The notes under the pieces: model-generated
Database searches by the model: none
What the model was told of the DNA's origin: nothing
The model's input: the letters and a program-made list of their open reading frames with translations, nothing else
Part shown: piece after piece, positions 9,554 to 19,815 of the stretch
Numbering within the stretch: the first letter of the stretch is position 1
Layout: each line of letters begins with the position of its first letter
DNA from: a virus
DNA length: 64,000 nt
Virus record (IMG/VR): IMGVR_UViG_3300036820_000008
Location: 30,580-94,579 of that record
Reading direction: 5' to 3' (one strand)
Program-made: the position numbers and the translations under genes

Positions 9554-11698
9554 CTATTTGTATAACTCATAATCGCTAACCCCCTGCTTTACGTCCATGA
9601 CCCAGTTCCAACCCTGGGTTCCCGGCTTCCCCCGTTCGCGAATGGCGACAGATTTAATACCGAGTGACTTCTTCGCTTTGTTTATGGTACCATGATTGGC
9701 AGTCACGCCAGACGCCTTGATCTCCCTGATGGCATCAGCAGCATCCCAAACTTCTTGGTGCTCGAACATGGACAGGAGTACCTCTATAATTTCCTCCTGC
9801 ACTATTGGCGCTGGGCCACGGCGCGTCTTTACCTCGGAGCCAGCTAGCTCGTCGGCGCTTAGCGTCAGTTCGCCTAGCCATTTGATGCATGGCGCCATAT
9901 TGCCGTCAGTGTCGGCAACGACACTACTATCCTGGATCGTATACGCGAGGGTGTATCCAGGACGACGACTTAGATGGTTGTTCTTTACCTGGGTGATGCC
10001 GAACACCCTGCCGTCGCAGTCGAACTTGGTCGCCTTCTCCTCGGGTACCTCACCGCTGACAAGCTGTATACGTGATACAGCACCGAATGCGATCGAGCCA
10101 CCTCCACGATGCGCAGCCTTGAGTGTTGTGTCCTTGTTGTAATGTCTCACGAATACGGCGCTACACCCTACGTCAGAGAGCATAGCGCTTAGCGGCGCTA
10201 GCGCCTGGCGGACGCTCGCGTCGTTGTTGCTGTTCACCTTCTCACCGAGAAATGCAGAGATAGGGTCGACAATAACTAGCTGTATGCGGTAAGCTACGAT
10301 CCAGTTCCTTAGTTTCTGAACACTCCTGGGGAAGCTTACCAGTTCATCGCCAGAGTAGGCGAGGGCATCCCTTCCCTTTTTCTTTTTCAGGGTCAGAGCC
10401 GGTCGGTACACACGACTCATATCAGCTCCGGCAGCCTCTAGGCGTCCGGCCGTTACACGATCGCTGTCCTCGGGAGCTAGCAGCAGAACTGATATCGCTC
10501 CCTGTGTACTGTCAGAGTCATCTGGCATATCTCTGCCGCGCGTCATCCTTGCCCCTACATCTAGGGTAACAAGGGACTTACCGTTACCAGCGTCACCATC
10601 AAGGATTGTTATGTCCCCTACTGCTATATACCTGCTCCATAGCCAGCTGCTAAGGCCACGATCTATTTCAGAGAATGGGGTAAGGCCCATTGGCACGGCA
10701 CGAGCTACGCTAGGACCCTCTAGGATAGACAGCTCTTCATCTGTTGCGTCTGGGATCACCCGTCCGCTGCGATGAAAGAGTGTAAGAAGCTCTCTGTCCG
10801 GGTTCCTTCCGCGAACCGGATACCATGGTCGTTTTGCGTCGTACACCGGCATATCAGCAGCGAGTTGCCTCAGCAGCACGAGTATGTCAGGCTTGTCGTA
10901 ACCCTTGCGCTCGAGCTCGTGGACGTACCGGAGAAGACTTGACCTCTGTTCCCCTGACTCAGCCTTTATGCACTCAGCTCTGAGCTTGTCTGTAGAAGCT
11001 CTGTTCCCGTGAACACCAGTCTGTCTCGTAGATCGTTGTGACTCTATCGCAGCAAGAATGTACGATGATATTTCCTCTGACGATGGATCGCCGTCAGGTG
11101 CCTTTATTGGCTCTATCCACTTGTAGGTGCCCATTCGTATGCCTTTGTCGGCATATCCTCCGGGAAGAATTCCATTCTCTCCCTCGGCCCCCTTGACTGG
11201 CCTTATCGTCGGAGGGATGAATACGAACCCACGACCACTACCCTCTGGATTGCCGCCCTTCAGGTCGATGCCCGGCATAAATCCGTTGTGGCTACCTATC
11301 CCAAGAGCTGCGATATACAGGTGCGTGCCGCCACTTGGGGTCTTGGCCATTCCGTATACTTTCGGGGCCGACTCTCCAAGTTCCTCCGACATTCTGTTGA
11401 AAGAGAACTTGCCGCCGTTCCTCGGGTCGATGTCTATGACATCAAACGTTATGCCGCAGACCGCGGCCATCGCGTCCCCCGGCCGATAGCCTGCGATAAC
11501 ATCGTAGTCAGCGGGGTAACGCTGCCAGCGCGCCCATCTCGTATCGTTCCTGTCAGGGTTTCCATCTTCATCTACTCTTGCCGGGAAAACAGGCATTCCG
11601 AATCGAACTAGTCTTCTTGCCGCGAGGAGCGCAGCGTCACGGCGCTCCTCCGAATCGGCCGAAATCGCGCGGTTTCCGGGACGATCGGCTATAATCAT
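9554..11698 (-). CDS. Bifunctional primase-polymerase fused to an AAA/RecA-like helicase
   Basis: VIDIDPRNGG, TPSGGTHLY, GFVFIPPT (Prim-Pol); GDAGNGKS Walker A, LVIVDP Walker B, RHYNK. Confidence 0.92.
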   Translation of the reverse strand: MIIADRPGNRAISADSEERRDAALLAARRLVRFGMPVFPARVDEDGNPDRNDTRWARWQRYPADYDVIAGYRPGDAMAAVCGITFDVIDIDPRNGGKFSFNRMSEELGESAPKVYGMAKTPSGGTHLYIAALGIGSHNGFMPGIDLKGGNPEGSGRGFVFIPPTIRPVKGAEGENGILPGGYADKGIRMGTYKWIEPIKAPDGDPSSEEISSYILAAIESQRSTRQTGVHGNRASTDKLRAECIKAESGEQRSSLLRYVHELERKGYDKPDILVLLRQLAADMPVYDAKRPWYPVRGRNPDRELLTLFHRSGRVIPDATDEELSILEGPSVARAVPMGLTPFSEIDRGLSSWLWSRYIAVGDITILDGDAGNGKSLVTLDVGARMTRGRDMPDDSDSTQGAISVLLLAPEDSDRVTAGRLEAAGADMSRVYRPALTLKKKKGRDALAYSGDELVSFPRSVQKLRNWIVAYRIQLVIVDPISAFLGEKVNSNNDASVRQALAPLSAMLSDVGCSAVFVRHYNKDTTLKAAHRGGGSIAFGAVSRIQLVSGEVPEEKATKFDCDGRVFGITQVKNNHLSRRPGYTLAYTIQDSSVVADTDGNMAPCIKWLGELTLSADELAGSEVKTRRGPAPIVQEEIIEVLLSMFEHQEVWDAADAIREIKASGVTANHGTINKAKKSLGIKSVAIRERGKPGTQGWNWVMDVKQGVSDYELYK

Positions 11699-11731
11699 AA
11701 GTGGGCAGGACCTCCGGGCTCGGGCTTAGCT

Positions 11732-11749
11732 AGCGGTAACCTTACCGCT
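11732..11749. promoter_or_regulatory. Palindrome AGCGGTAA-CC-TTACCGCT between divergent genes (overlapping -10 elements or operator)
   Basis: 8-bp inverted repeat; reads GG-TAACCT on + and GG-TAAGGT on -. Confidence 0.55.
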
Positions 11750-11797
11750 CCGATCGGGGGTCCGCCCGAGAAACCCTAATACGCAGAAAGGGAGCAA

Positions 11798-11992
11798 TTG
11801 TCTCCGTCGTATTCACCGCCGTTCTGCGAGATTCATGGTACTGAAATGTACTACGACAATGTGCGTGACGAGATCCGATGCCCCGCTGACCGGCTATGTA
11901 ACGGACTGTCACTTCCCGAGATCCTCATCATGCTGGAGCACACAATCAGCTACGTGACGCTTCCGACACAGACCCTCGCGGGGAGCCTGTGA
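11798..11992 (+). CDS. Small Cys/His hypothetical protein
   Basis: AAGGGAG RBS; C..H...C....C. Confidence 0.6.
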   Translation: MSPSYSPPFCEIHGTEMYYDNVRDEIRCPADRLCNGLSLPEILIMLEHTISYVTLPTQTLAGSL

Positions 11993-12156
11993 TTTCCATC
12001 GTAGAGGATGTCGTCCCGATAGTGTTCGCCGTCATATTCCTCCTTCTCATCCTTGCCAATTACGGTGACTCTGCAAAGCGTAGGAAGTGGGAAGACAGCC
12101 ACCCCGGTATGAGCTGGGAGCAGTGGAAAGAATTCCAGAAAGGCAATCGCAAGTGA
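11989..12156 (+). CDS. 55-aa single-TM protein
   Basis: GTGA overlap with the previous gene; VVPIVFAVIFLLLILA. Confidence 0.55.
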   Translation: MISIVEDVVPIVFAVIFLLLILANYGDSAKRRKWEDSHPGMSWEQWKEFQKGNRK

Positions 12157-12256
12157 ATATATACGAACTAGAGAACAGGATAGTAAGGCTGGCAAGGTTC
12201 CTGTTCGGGAACAGCATCACACCTGCCTGCGGAGGCCTCCTCGTGGGCGTGTTCAT

Positions 12257-12871
12257 GTGTACACTGGCGTCCCTTCTTACATGTCTTACTGTGATGATAG
12301 CGGTAACGTCTTGACACCTCCACACCTGAACATGATAGCCCTCGACCCCGGAGGGACAACTGGTATCTGTATAGCCCAGGTACCGCGCATGTCTGTTTAC
12401 GGAAGCAAGCCAGGACGCTGGCTCCGGCTTGAGTGCCGAGAGGTTACCGGAGACGAGGACGTGCAGGTCGACAGTATCTGCCGTATCATCCGAGAGGTAC
12501 AGAGTCTCGACTATGGGATCGGGCCAGCTGTCGTAGGAGAGCAGTTCGACAACGATAGTCCGTTCAACGACGACGACGTATTCTCGCCTGTAAGGATTAT
12601 GGCCAAGCTCGAGTACGCACGTCACCTCGGCAAGACGGGTGATTCTAAGATTGTCTACCAGACGCGCGGAATGGCCAAGAGCACAGCTACCGATGATCGT
12701 CTGCGAGCCTGGGGTCTGTACGAGGAGACCGTAGGAAGCATGCACAAACGAGACGCCACTCGACATCTCATAACCATGCTTCGGAGGGCGCGTAAGTCGG
12801 CCAGACTACGCGACCGGCTCTGGAATTCGATGGACGACGGCATGATGGCGAGGGGGTATACGGTCGTCTAG
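12257..12871 (+). CDS. RuvC-like Holliday junction resolvase
   Basis: IALDPGGTTG, VVGEQF, H.RDATRH; true start may be near 12332. Confidence 0.8.
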   Translation: MYTGVPSYMSYCDDSGNVLTPPHLNMIALDPGGTTGICIAQVPRMSVYGSKPGRWLRLECREVTGDEDVQVDSICRIIREVQSLDYGIGPAVVGEQFDNDSPFNDDDVFSPVRIMAKLEYARHLGKTGDSKIVYQTRGMAKSTATDDRLRAWGLYEETVGSMHKRDATRHLITMLRRARKSARLRDRLWNSMDDGMMARGYTVV

Positions 12872-12906
12872 GCTCGCACGTACCGAGCGCGGCTAGGGCC
12901 GGTAGC

Positions 12907-14577
12907 CTACGGGCTACCGGCCTCTTCCGTCCCCGTAGGGGAGAGCTCCACATCCGGATTAACGTGCCATCCTATCTGGCACGGGATGCACCACAGCCCT
13001 GAATCGCCGGTTGTTCTCGTGCGACACAGGGGGCATATTCCTTCTGACAGCGCAGCAAGATACATTGCCTCATCCTTCGGGATAAGGATGGTCTCATGCT
13101 GAGCGGTTATGTTTTGGCCCGACCAGACCCAGTGCGTCTTGTATCCCGAAACTCTACCGTTCAATATCTGCATCTTCCCCTGCTCCTCGGATCAGCGGCG
13201 CGGATATCTTCATGCTAATGTACCAGGTCGACTTTACGTCACCCCGCTTTGTGCCGTAGTCATGCCACTGGACGCCGTCCCATATAGGCGTGCCATCCGT
13301 ACCTGTGATATGCGCAAAGCCTTTGAGCGCGCCCTCGGCCTCATGTCCCATTCTGGCCTCGATAATCATGTCTCCGCCTACGAATGTGATGGATTCGATA
13401 TCACCGGATGCATCGCCAATCGTCAGTGTGCCTATGCCACTCATATCTCACCAGCCTCTTTCTTCGCTTTCTCTGTGGCCGTCATTATCTTCCTGCGCCA
13501 TTCAACCCAGTAAAGCATCCATCCGTACATTGGGCCGTACAGAATGAGCACCAATGTACAGCATACCATCACAAGCCATCCAAAGCCGTTGAGCTGGTTG
13601 CCATGGACGTGCGTGAATGCCATGATGTCACCGACTATAAATCCCATAGTAGATAGTCCGATAAAGAAGTACCGGACGGCATCCTCTGCCCAGGAACAGT
13701 CTGCCTCCAGGGTTGAGATCTGCTTATACCGAAGTGTTCTTTTCTGCAGGCGGGCAATCTTGTCTTTCTTATTCTTCACCATTCTTCTTGCCCTATCGTC
13801 TGATATCTCGGCCTTTGATTTCTTCCTGCTATTGTAATCGAACGGCATAATTCCCCTGTGTGATCATCACCTTCGTCATCTGGCTGATCCATCGGTTCCT
13901 CACATGATGCCCTTGGAATGCTGCGCCGTATATGCATGGGCATGGTACATACGGCGTACGTGATCAGACGGGCACTTGCTGCTGTTGAAGTGGCAGCCGC
14001 ACCGAGTGCATATATGGATGGCTAGCCCGAGCATGTCAGGGGTTGAATAGTCGCACCATTCCTTGCCGATCAGCCTAAGCCAAGGTCGCCGATGAATCCA
14101 TTCTCTTGTCTTTTGCATTGCTCGCCCCTCTCGGCGGTGCCAGTATCGCCTCTCCGGACAGTGTTGTGCCTATCCGTGCACCAGGAAGCAGGAACAAGTT
14201 GCCGGTTGACTGTCCTCCGGGACAGCCACAGCAATTGTCCTTGGCATGCCTACCATGCTCACAGCGATCGAGGTCCTCTAGAAGAGGCTTCATGATGGCC
14301 ATCTCTTTTCCTGTTCGGGTGACGGAACTGAGTGTCCATTTACGAATGGGGCAATTAGATCCTTGTAACCTTTCGGCGGGTCCTCGCGGCCGTCGGATGC
14401 TGCTGACCTTGCTATCGCAAGAGCATCCTCTACACTTAGGCCTCCGATGTCCATGCAATGATCGTAAACGGCATCAAGGGCATTCTGGTACATATCAGAA
14501 GCACTTACGCCCTTGTCTGCGTCTTCCATCATGGACTTCTCGGCAATCGATATTGCCTGCTCTAGGACCGGATGCAT
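12907..14577 (-). other. Cluster of small hypothetical genes (12907-13173, 13154-13444, 13441-13848 two-TM, 13900-14118, 14075-~14303, 14290-14577)
   Basis: Coupled tiling; several Cys-rich; 13441-13848 has two hydrophobic helices. Confidence 0.6.
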
Positions 14578-14811
14578 GATCTTCCCCTGTCTACCCGCGC
14601 CTAGGGCTAGGGTACCGGCTAGTCGGTAGTCGCGCTAGTCTCGGTATTCGGCGGCTCCTGGTGGGATACGTACTCGTAGTAGATCGCCATTCCGCCCGGA
14701 AGAACAGGATCTACTGGCATCGTCTTCACGGCAATAGTGATGATGGAGCCAGCCGGTATGTCTTCTGGCATATTGCAAAGAATTCTGCGTACTTTGTTCA
14801 CTATTCCCCTC

Positions 14812-15405
14812 CTAGTGGCTGCAGAGACATGTTCCGTTGAATGCGCAACAGCAGGCACCTTCGGCACAGCATGGTACGTCCTTGAAGATGCTGGCCACCT
14901 CAGGATGGTCATGCATGTCTGTGCGGTTGCACCATGCACAAAGGCCCCAGATGGCACGGATCATGCGGATCTCTGGGCTGCGCGGGTCGGCCGGAGGCAT
15001 GCAGAACTGATCGTGCTCGCCGTAGCCATGGGCCGGGTTGCCGCAGTAAGTGTCTGGCCTCTTGGGCCAGCCAGTTCCCTCGTATTTGCGCGGCTCGCGC
15101 TTCATGTCTGTGTCTGATCCGGGGACAGGGCAGAAGCCGAGCCTCTTGTACCAGTTGCGTAGGCGGTCCTCGTCCATGTTTGGGTTAAGTATGTAGTCTG
15201 GCTCGATAGCCAGCATAAGGGTGACACCCTCTCTATCGGCGTCCTCTAGAACCTGCGCCATGAGCCGAGTAGCCGCACCACGTCCCTGGCGGCGCACTGC
15301 GATGCTGGACATGAGCGCCCAATTCTTGCTTGGCCAGAGCATCATGTCGATGGTAGCCCATGTCTCAGTCTCGAAGTATATGTGTCTCACCCGGATGTCA
15401 CGCAT
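14812..15405 (-). CDS. GNAT-family acetyltransferase with Cys/His-rich C-terminal extension
   Basis: RRQGRGAATRLM (motif A), L.NWYKRLGF (motif B). Confidence 0.78.
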   Translation of the reverse strand: MRDIRVRHIYFETETWATIDMMLWPSKNWALMSSIAVRRQGRGAATRLMAQVLEDADREGVTLMLAIEPDYILNPNMDEDRLRNWYKRLGFCPVPGSDTDMKREPRKYEGTGWPKRPDTYCGNPAHGYGEHDQFCMPPADPRSPEIRMIRAIWGLCAWCNRTDMHDHPEVASIFKDVPCCAEGACCCAFNGTCLCSH

Positions 15406-16251
15406 TTCTTCTTGGCCTGGAGTACGAGAACTTCTCGTCCCCAATGTATATTTGGCGTCTTATCTTGAACCATGAGTGGCATCGGTCGCACATTGCCGAC
15501 AACATGAGACCTGTTGATACATGTCCCCTTACTCTGCATGTTGTGTGTTTGTGCAGGAATGCCCTTACCCTGATTATCCACATGATAATTATGCCATTTC
15601 TCTGTCGCCCTGGAGCTCGCCCGTAACGAGCGCTAGCCCTAGCGTAGCCGGTACGCGGTAGACCGGCTAGCGGCTCCGTACGGGCGATCTCCACCGGCTC
15701 GCCGGTACCGGCTACCGCTCCTTACTGCGGCTCGCGGGTGGGCGGGTTCGCCCTACGCTCCCGGATCCGATCTCTGTAGTATGCGGCCTCTCTGTGCACC
15801 AGACCGGTCAGTTCCTCTACGACACGGCCGTTGACGAACACAGCCCAGCTCTGGCTGTCATCGCCATTGTACTTGCGAATCGTGATCTTGTCAGCTTTCG
15901 CCATTGCCATTCTCATTCCGATTGCAAGAGTCGCCTGTTTTGGCGATGGCATGTACCGGACACTTCTCCCGATAGTTCGGGCATGCCATGAAGGCGCAGT
16001 GCGTGCCTTCCTCGATAGCTCCGACCGGACCGATCTTGCTGTGGTCACATCCTCTGTTCACATTTCCTCCTATATGGTCAGCAGGATCTCGTTCGGTTCG
16101 CAGAGTCCGCTCTCCGTGTTTACGGTCCCGCTCCATATGTTGATGCAGTCGCATCCCTGCAGCACAACAACCTTGCCTCTGTCCAGCTTACGCAGAGCCT
16201 CGATCAGGTCTGCCACTGTGTTCTTCTCTTCATCTTCCGGCATGCATGCTC

Positions 16252-17475
16252 CTAGTCGAAGAATGTATCGTACTCGTCAGGCTCGGGCAGCTCTTCCTCT
16301 GCCTCATCGAACAGTTCCTCCTGCGCCCGGACTGTCTCCATCACGTCGCATACATGCCACCCCTTGTGGGTGCTACGATCCGGGAACGTCAGGACGCTGC
16401 TCTTGCCGAGACCCATTGCCATCAGTTTCGCGATCTTGTAATCGGTCAGCTTCGGGTACATCTTCTCGTCCACGGTACGCAGGTGATCGAGCAGCGTCCG
16501 GCTCGTGAGATAGACCGGCTCAGGCTCGGCCGGTAGCGACCTCAGATATGCCCCGGCGTCCCGTACGATTTTCTGCTCGGGGAGCAGGACAGCCTTGTTG
16601 GCCGAGTCGAGCGCCAGAGCCTCGAATGCCCGCTTCCACCTCGCTGGCCACTCACCGCCCGCTGCCTTGGCGATGGACCACATTGGCCCCCATATCTGGG
16701 CCTTGCGGGATGTGAGCCTCGGGTGGATGCCGCGCAGCTGCTTGTTGTACTTCTTCAGGTCCTCGATGTTCGACCGGACCCAGGCATGCAGGCAGTCCTG
16801 AAGCTCCCGAGCCTCAGCCTCAACATCCTCGTCCAGGATGTCCTCGAGCACTACGCCCTCTGGCTTGGGGCGCATCTCCCCGATAACGCACCGGGACCTG
16901 AGATCATCTGGGGCTGCCTTGCGGAGTCCCGCGAAGAAGGCTACTCCGTAGCAGCTGATGTCCTGGGCCGTTCCGTTGCTCAGGCTCAGCGTTCCCTTCA
17001 CTGAGTATCCGTCGCATGCTATCTGGTATATCGGGTTGGTCTGGCCTCGCAGCCCGTTCTCGCCGAACACCTTGCTGATCTCATGGAAGCACAGGGTCAC
17101 CGGACCCTCGATGTACTTGGCCCTGAGAGCAAACGAGGTCGGATTGGATGACCAGCCATTCAGACTTAGGTCCTCCGCGAAGTAAAGGACCGTTGACTTG
17201 CCGCACTCCTTGAATGGACTTGTGATCAGAAAGCGCGGTACCGTCCGGCTCGCGTCTAGCGCGTGGCTGACTGCTGCGCCCATGATCACCGCATCCTTCA
17301 GCTCTCGGGATGCGTAGATCGTTCTGTCGGCCAGTTCGCTGATCCTGTCCAGCGGCTGCGGCACATTCTTCTTTACTCGCTCTTTCCGTGGCCCTGGGGT
17401 CATCGGCTCTCTTGTCGCCGCGTACTCAGACGCGACCCCGACCGCCATAGCGGCTAGCCTAACTGCTGATGCCAT
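16252..17475 (-). CDS. DUF3631-like P-loop protein
   Basis: PRFLITSPFKECGKST, RSRCV, R..QIW.P...IA..AGGEWP. Confidence 0.75.
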   Translation of the reverse strand: MASAVRLAAMAVGVASEYAATREPMTPGPRKERVKKNVPQPLDRISELADRTIYASRELKDAVIMGAAVSHALDASRTVPRFLITSPFKECGKSTVLYFAEDLSLNGWSSNPTSFALRAKYIEGPVTLCFHEISKVFGENGLRGQTNPIYQIACDGYSVKGTLSLSNGTAQDISCYGVAFFAGLRKAAPDDLRSRCVIGEMRPKPEGVVLEDILDEDVEAEARELQDCLHAWVRSNIEDLKKYNKQLRGIHPRLTSRKAQIWGPMWSIAKAAGGEWPARWKRAFEALALDSANKAVLLPEQKIVRDAGAYLRSLPAEPEPVYLTSRTLLDHLRTVDEKMYPKLTDYKIAKLMAMGLGKSSVLTFPDRSTHKGWHVCDVMETVRAQEELFDEAEEELPEPDEYDTFFD

Positions 17476-17516
17476 GATCTGTACCTTACCCCTCCGACGG
17501 GTCGTACCTTACCCCT

Positions 17517-17532
17517 AGTCTACCGTATGCAC
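17517..17532 (-). promoter_or_regulatory. Promoter GTGCATACGG-TAGACT
   Basis: Repeated motif; followed by the direct repeat GTACCTTACCCCT x2 (17481, 17504). Confidence 0.7.
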
Positions 17533-17543
17533 CCGGTAGCTCG

Positions 17544-18548
17544 CTACCGTAGCGCGTCCGGGGTCTTGCTGCCGACCCCGGTGCTGAGGTCTGCGGTGTT
17601 AGCGTGCCGGACTCCAACGCCATACGCCTGCTCGTTGAACGAGAATGTTGGTGCCTTCCGCCTGCGAGCAGGCTTGCTGTTCTTGGGGTCTTCCTCTGGC
17701 ACCTCCAGGAACATCTCGGGGTTGTCATCGCGGAATAGCGCGTCCAGATCATCGACCCTCGAGGCTAGGAGGATCTCGGTTCCTGCCTGTCGGTTGCTCT
17801 CGACCTGGCGGAGACGCTGCGTAAGCCGGGACGTGTACCCATACGCGGCGCTCTTGCGATAGGTGGCCGTTCCCCCGGCAGAGATCTTGGTCGGCTGCTC
17901 GCCCCGCTCCTTCGTCGCCTGGTAGTAAGCGCGCTTGTAGATGCCGCCGACGTGGAACTTGGTCTTGTCGTTCCCCTCGCTGTCCCGCCACATCTCGGTG
18001 CCCTCTCGCAGGCCAACCTTCGACCACCCGTACATGCGAGCGATCTCCAGCCAGTTGTACCCTGCGTTGTGGAGGCGATAGCAGTTCTCGCTCAGTGAGC
18101 TGTTCCTGTCGATGCGCGGGATCAGCACACCGAGCATGTGCAGGCGGATGGTTGTGTACAGCAGCTCGAAGTAGCGCGCGTCCGACTCGAAGCCGTACAC
18201 CTTTGCCACCCACACGCCATCCCTCCAAGCGGTGTACAGGAGAGCGCGGCACCGGCAGTGCCTGGCCACCATGTCGCACAGCGACCCGAAGTAGCCGATA
18301 ATGTCAGAGTCGCCGCCGATCTCGACCGTTATGATGATTGGCCTCGTGCGCTGCTCGGCTGGCCGGGAGGCCTCGGCCTGAGTCTCGTCGACTGCGTGCT
18401 TGAGCATCAGCGCGTCGGCCATCTCGCGATACGATGTGGCCACCTTGGGGTCGGTGTTCGGGTCCTCGGCTACTGCGATCAGCTTGCGGACCTTGCTGAG
18501 GACACTGTCGAGTGACATCTCTCGCCTGTTGTTATCCTGATCGGACAT
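17544..18548 (-). CDS. DUF2786-like protein
   Basis: LSKVRKLIAVAE...A..LMLKHAVD, VYGFESD; GAGGAG RBS. Confidence 0.78.
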   Translation of the reverse strand: MSDQDNNRREMSLDSVLSKVRKLIAVAEDPNTDPKVATSYREMADALMLKHAVDETQAEASRPAEQRTRPIIITVEIGGDSDIIGYFGSLCDMVARHCRCRALLYTAWRDGVWVAKVYGFESDARYFELLYTTIRLHMLGVLIPRIDRNSSLSENCYRLHNAGYNWLEIARMYGWSKVGLREGTEMWRDSEGNDKTKFHVGGIYKRAYYQATKERGEQPTKISAGGTATYRKSAAYGYTSRLTQRLRQVESNRQAGTEILLASRVDDLDALFRDDNPEMFLEVPEEDPKNSKPARRRKAPTFSFNEQAYGVGVRHANTADLSTGVGSKTPDALR

Positions 18549-18584
18549 TTCCTGCTCCTCTGTCGTGTGCGGGGCTATACCCCT

Positions 18585-18600
18585 ATCCTACCGTATGCAC
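18585..18600 (-). promoter_or_regulatory. Promoter GTGCATACGG-TAGGAT
   Basis: Repeated motif. Confidence 0.7.
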
Positions 18601-18687
18601 GCCACTAGGGCTAGGGGTCGGCGGGGTCCGGGTGGACGCGCTATAGGGTCGGCGTCCACCCGGTAGTCTCGGTATTCGCGGTAGTCG

Positions 18688-19098
18688 TCAGGATTCGGCT
18701 GCCTTTGTCTTATCGGGGCACCGGCTGCACGGGGCAGACGGCATTCCAGACAGGCGGCCGCATCCTTCGCATCTTTCTGGCTCCTGTGTCCAGGGCCAGA
18801 TGTCCTCCTTGAGGCCTCTGTAGAGGAGGCGGGCCATCTCGGTCTCGGTTGTGCGATAGCCTCCTATGCTTGCCTGCCGGAATAGCTCAGCGCAGGCCTC
18901 TTGCTCGCTTCCGGTACGTGCATGGCTCTGCAGGATGGACAGGAGCTTGTAAGCCATGCTGTGGTGCTCAGCGTTGGCCAGCGGTGCGCTGTTCGGCATT
19001 TTGCGGAGGGGAATCCCCTGCCTCATGTTTCTGGCAAGCTGCTCATGTCCGCCTACCTCGCGGAAGCGACGCCTGTCCTCCTCGCTCATGGCCGCCAC
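18688..19098 (-). CDS. Hypothetical protein, C-terminal Zn ribbon
   Basis: CEGC...CSRC; AAGGAGG RBS. Confidence 0.65.
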   Translation of the reverse strand: MAAMSEEDRRRFREVGGHEQLARNMRQGIPLRKMPNSAPLANAEHHSMAYKLLSILQSHARTGSEQEACAELFRQASIGGYRTTETEMARLLYRGLKEDIWPWTQEPERCEGCGRLSGMPSAPCSRCPDKTKAAES

Positions 19099-19520
19099 TG
19101 CCTCCTTGCCCTGTCATATGCCTGCGGGGTTACTGGAGGCCAGACCGAAATCGCTGGAGGATCTCCCTCCGTGACATACGTCTCTCCGTGCTGGGAGCAG
19201 CTGGCCGGGTCGCCAGTCTGCATGGGGCGTGGTGAGTCAAGCTCGTGCCCGCAGCTCATGGGGTAGACGTAGTTGTCCTCGGCCTGGCCGGGGCCGGGTC
19301 GAGCTGTGGTATCTCCCTCGTCCTCTTCTTTGTTATTGTAGAAGATCTGGGCGACTCCTCTTCCGAGGAACTCCTCCATCTCAACCATCGTCAGCGGGTT
19401 GGTGTACATCGGGAGGCGCTGGATGACCCTGCGCCAGTTACCGTCGTTGTCCCAGCGCTCGATCTCAGTGCCGTCCCGCAGGACGATCCTGAATGCGCCC
19501 TCTGTTAGTCTATTGTCCAT
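19086..19520 (-). CDS. Hypothetical protein
   Basis: GAGAGG RBS, codon usage, CGH...CSQH. Confidence 0.65.
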   Translation of the reverse strand: MDNRLTEGAFRIVLRDGTEIERWDNDGNWRRVIQRLPMYTNPLTMVEMEEFLGRGVAQIFYNNKEEDEGDTTARPGPGQAEDNYVYPMSCGHELDSPRPMQTGDPASCSQHGETYVTEGDPPAISVWPPVTPQAYDRARRQWRP

Positions 19521-19744
19521 CGTCTTTGCCTCTCGGTTTGCTCGGGTAGCTATTAGCCTACTCCACTTGGAGTGCTAGCCGCTAGGGCTTAGCGGTAGCG
19601 CGTAGCACTCCCGTAAAGCGGGCAGAGCTCGCACGTACGGAGATTAGAATCGGGGTTAGGTAGCCCGGTAGGGTCGGGCTTCCGTAGGGCCTTAGCTCGG
19701 AGCTACGGGCCGTTTATGGGAGTGCTGAATTTTGCCCCCTAAAG

Positions 19745-19786
19745 CCGGGAGAGCCCGGCACCTGACATGGGTGCCGGGCTTCTCGG
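19745..19786 (-). terminator. Strong hairpin after the 334-aa gene
   Basis: GAGCCCGGCACC-TGACATG-GGTGCCGGGCT stem-loop. Confidence 0.65.
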
Positions 19787-19815
19787 TGTGGACGGGTGGA
19801 CGGGCGGTGTGCGGG

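Noticed and set aside
19553-19611. CIRCE/HrcA operator
   Set aside because: Half-sites are present but not in the TTAGCACTC-N9-GAGTGCTAA arrangement
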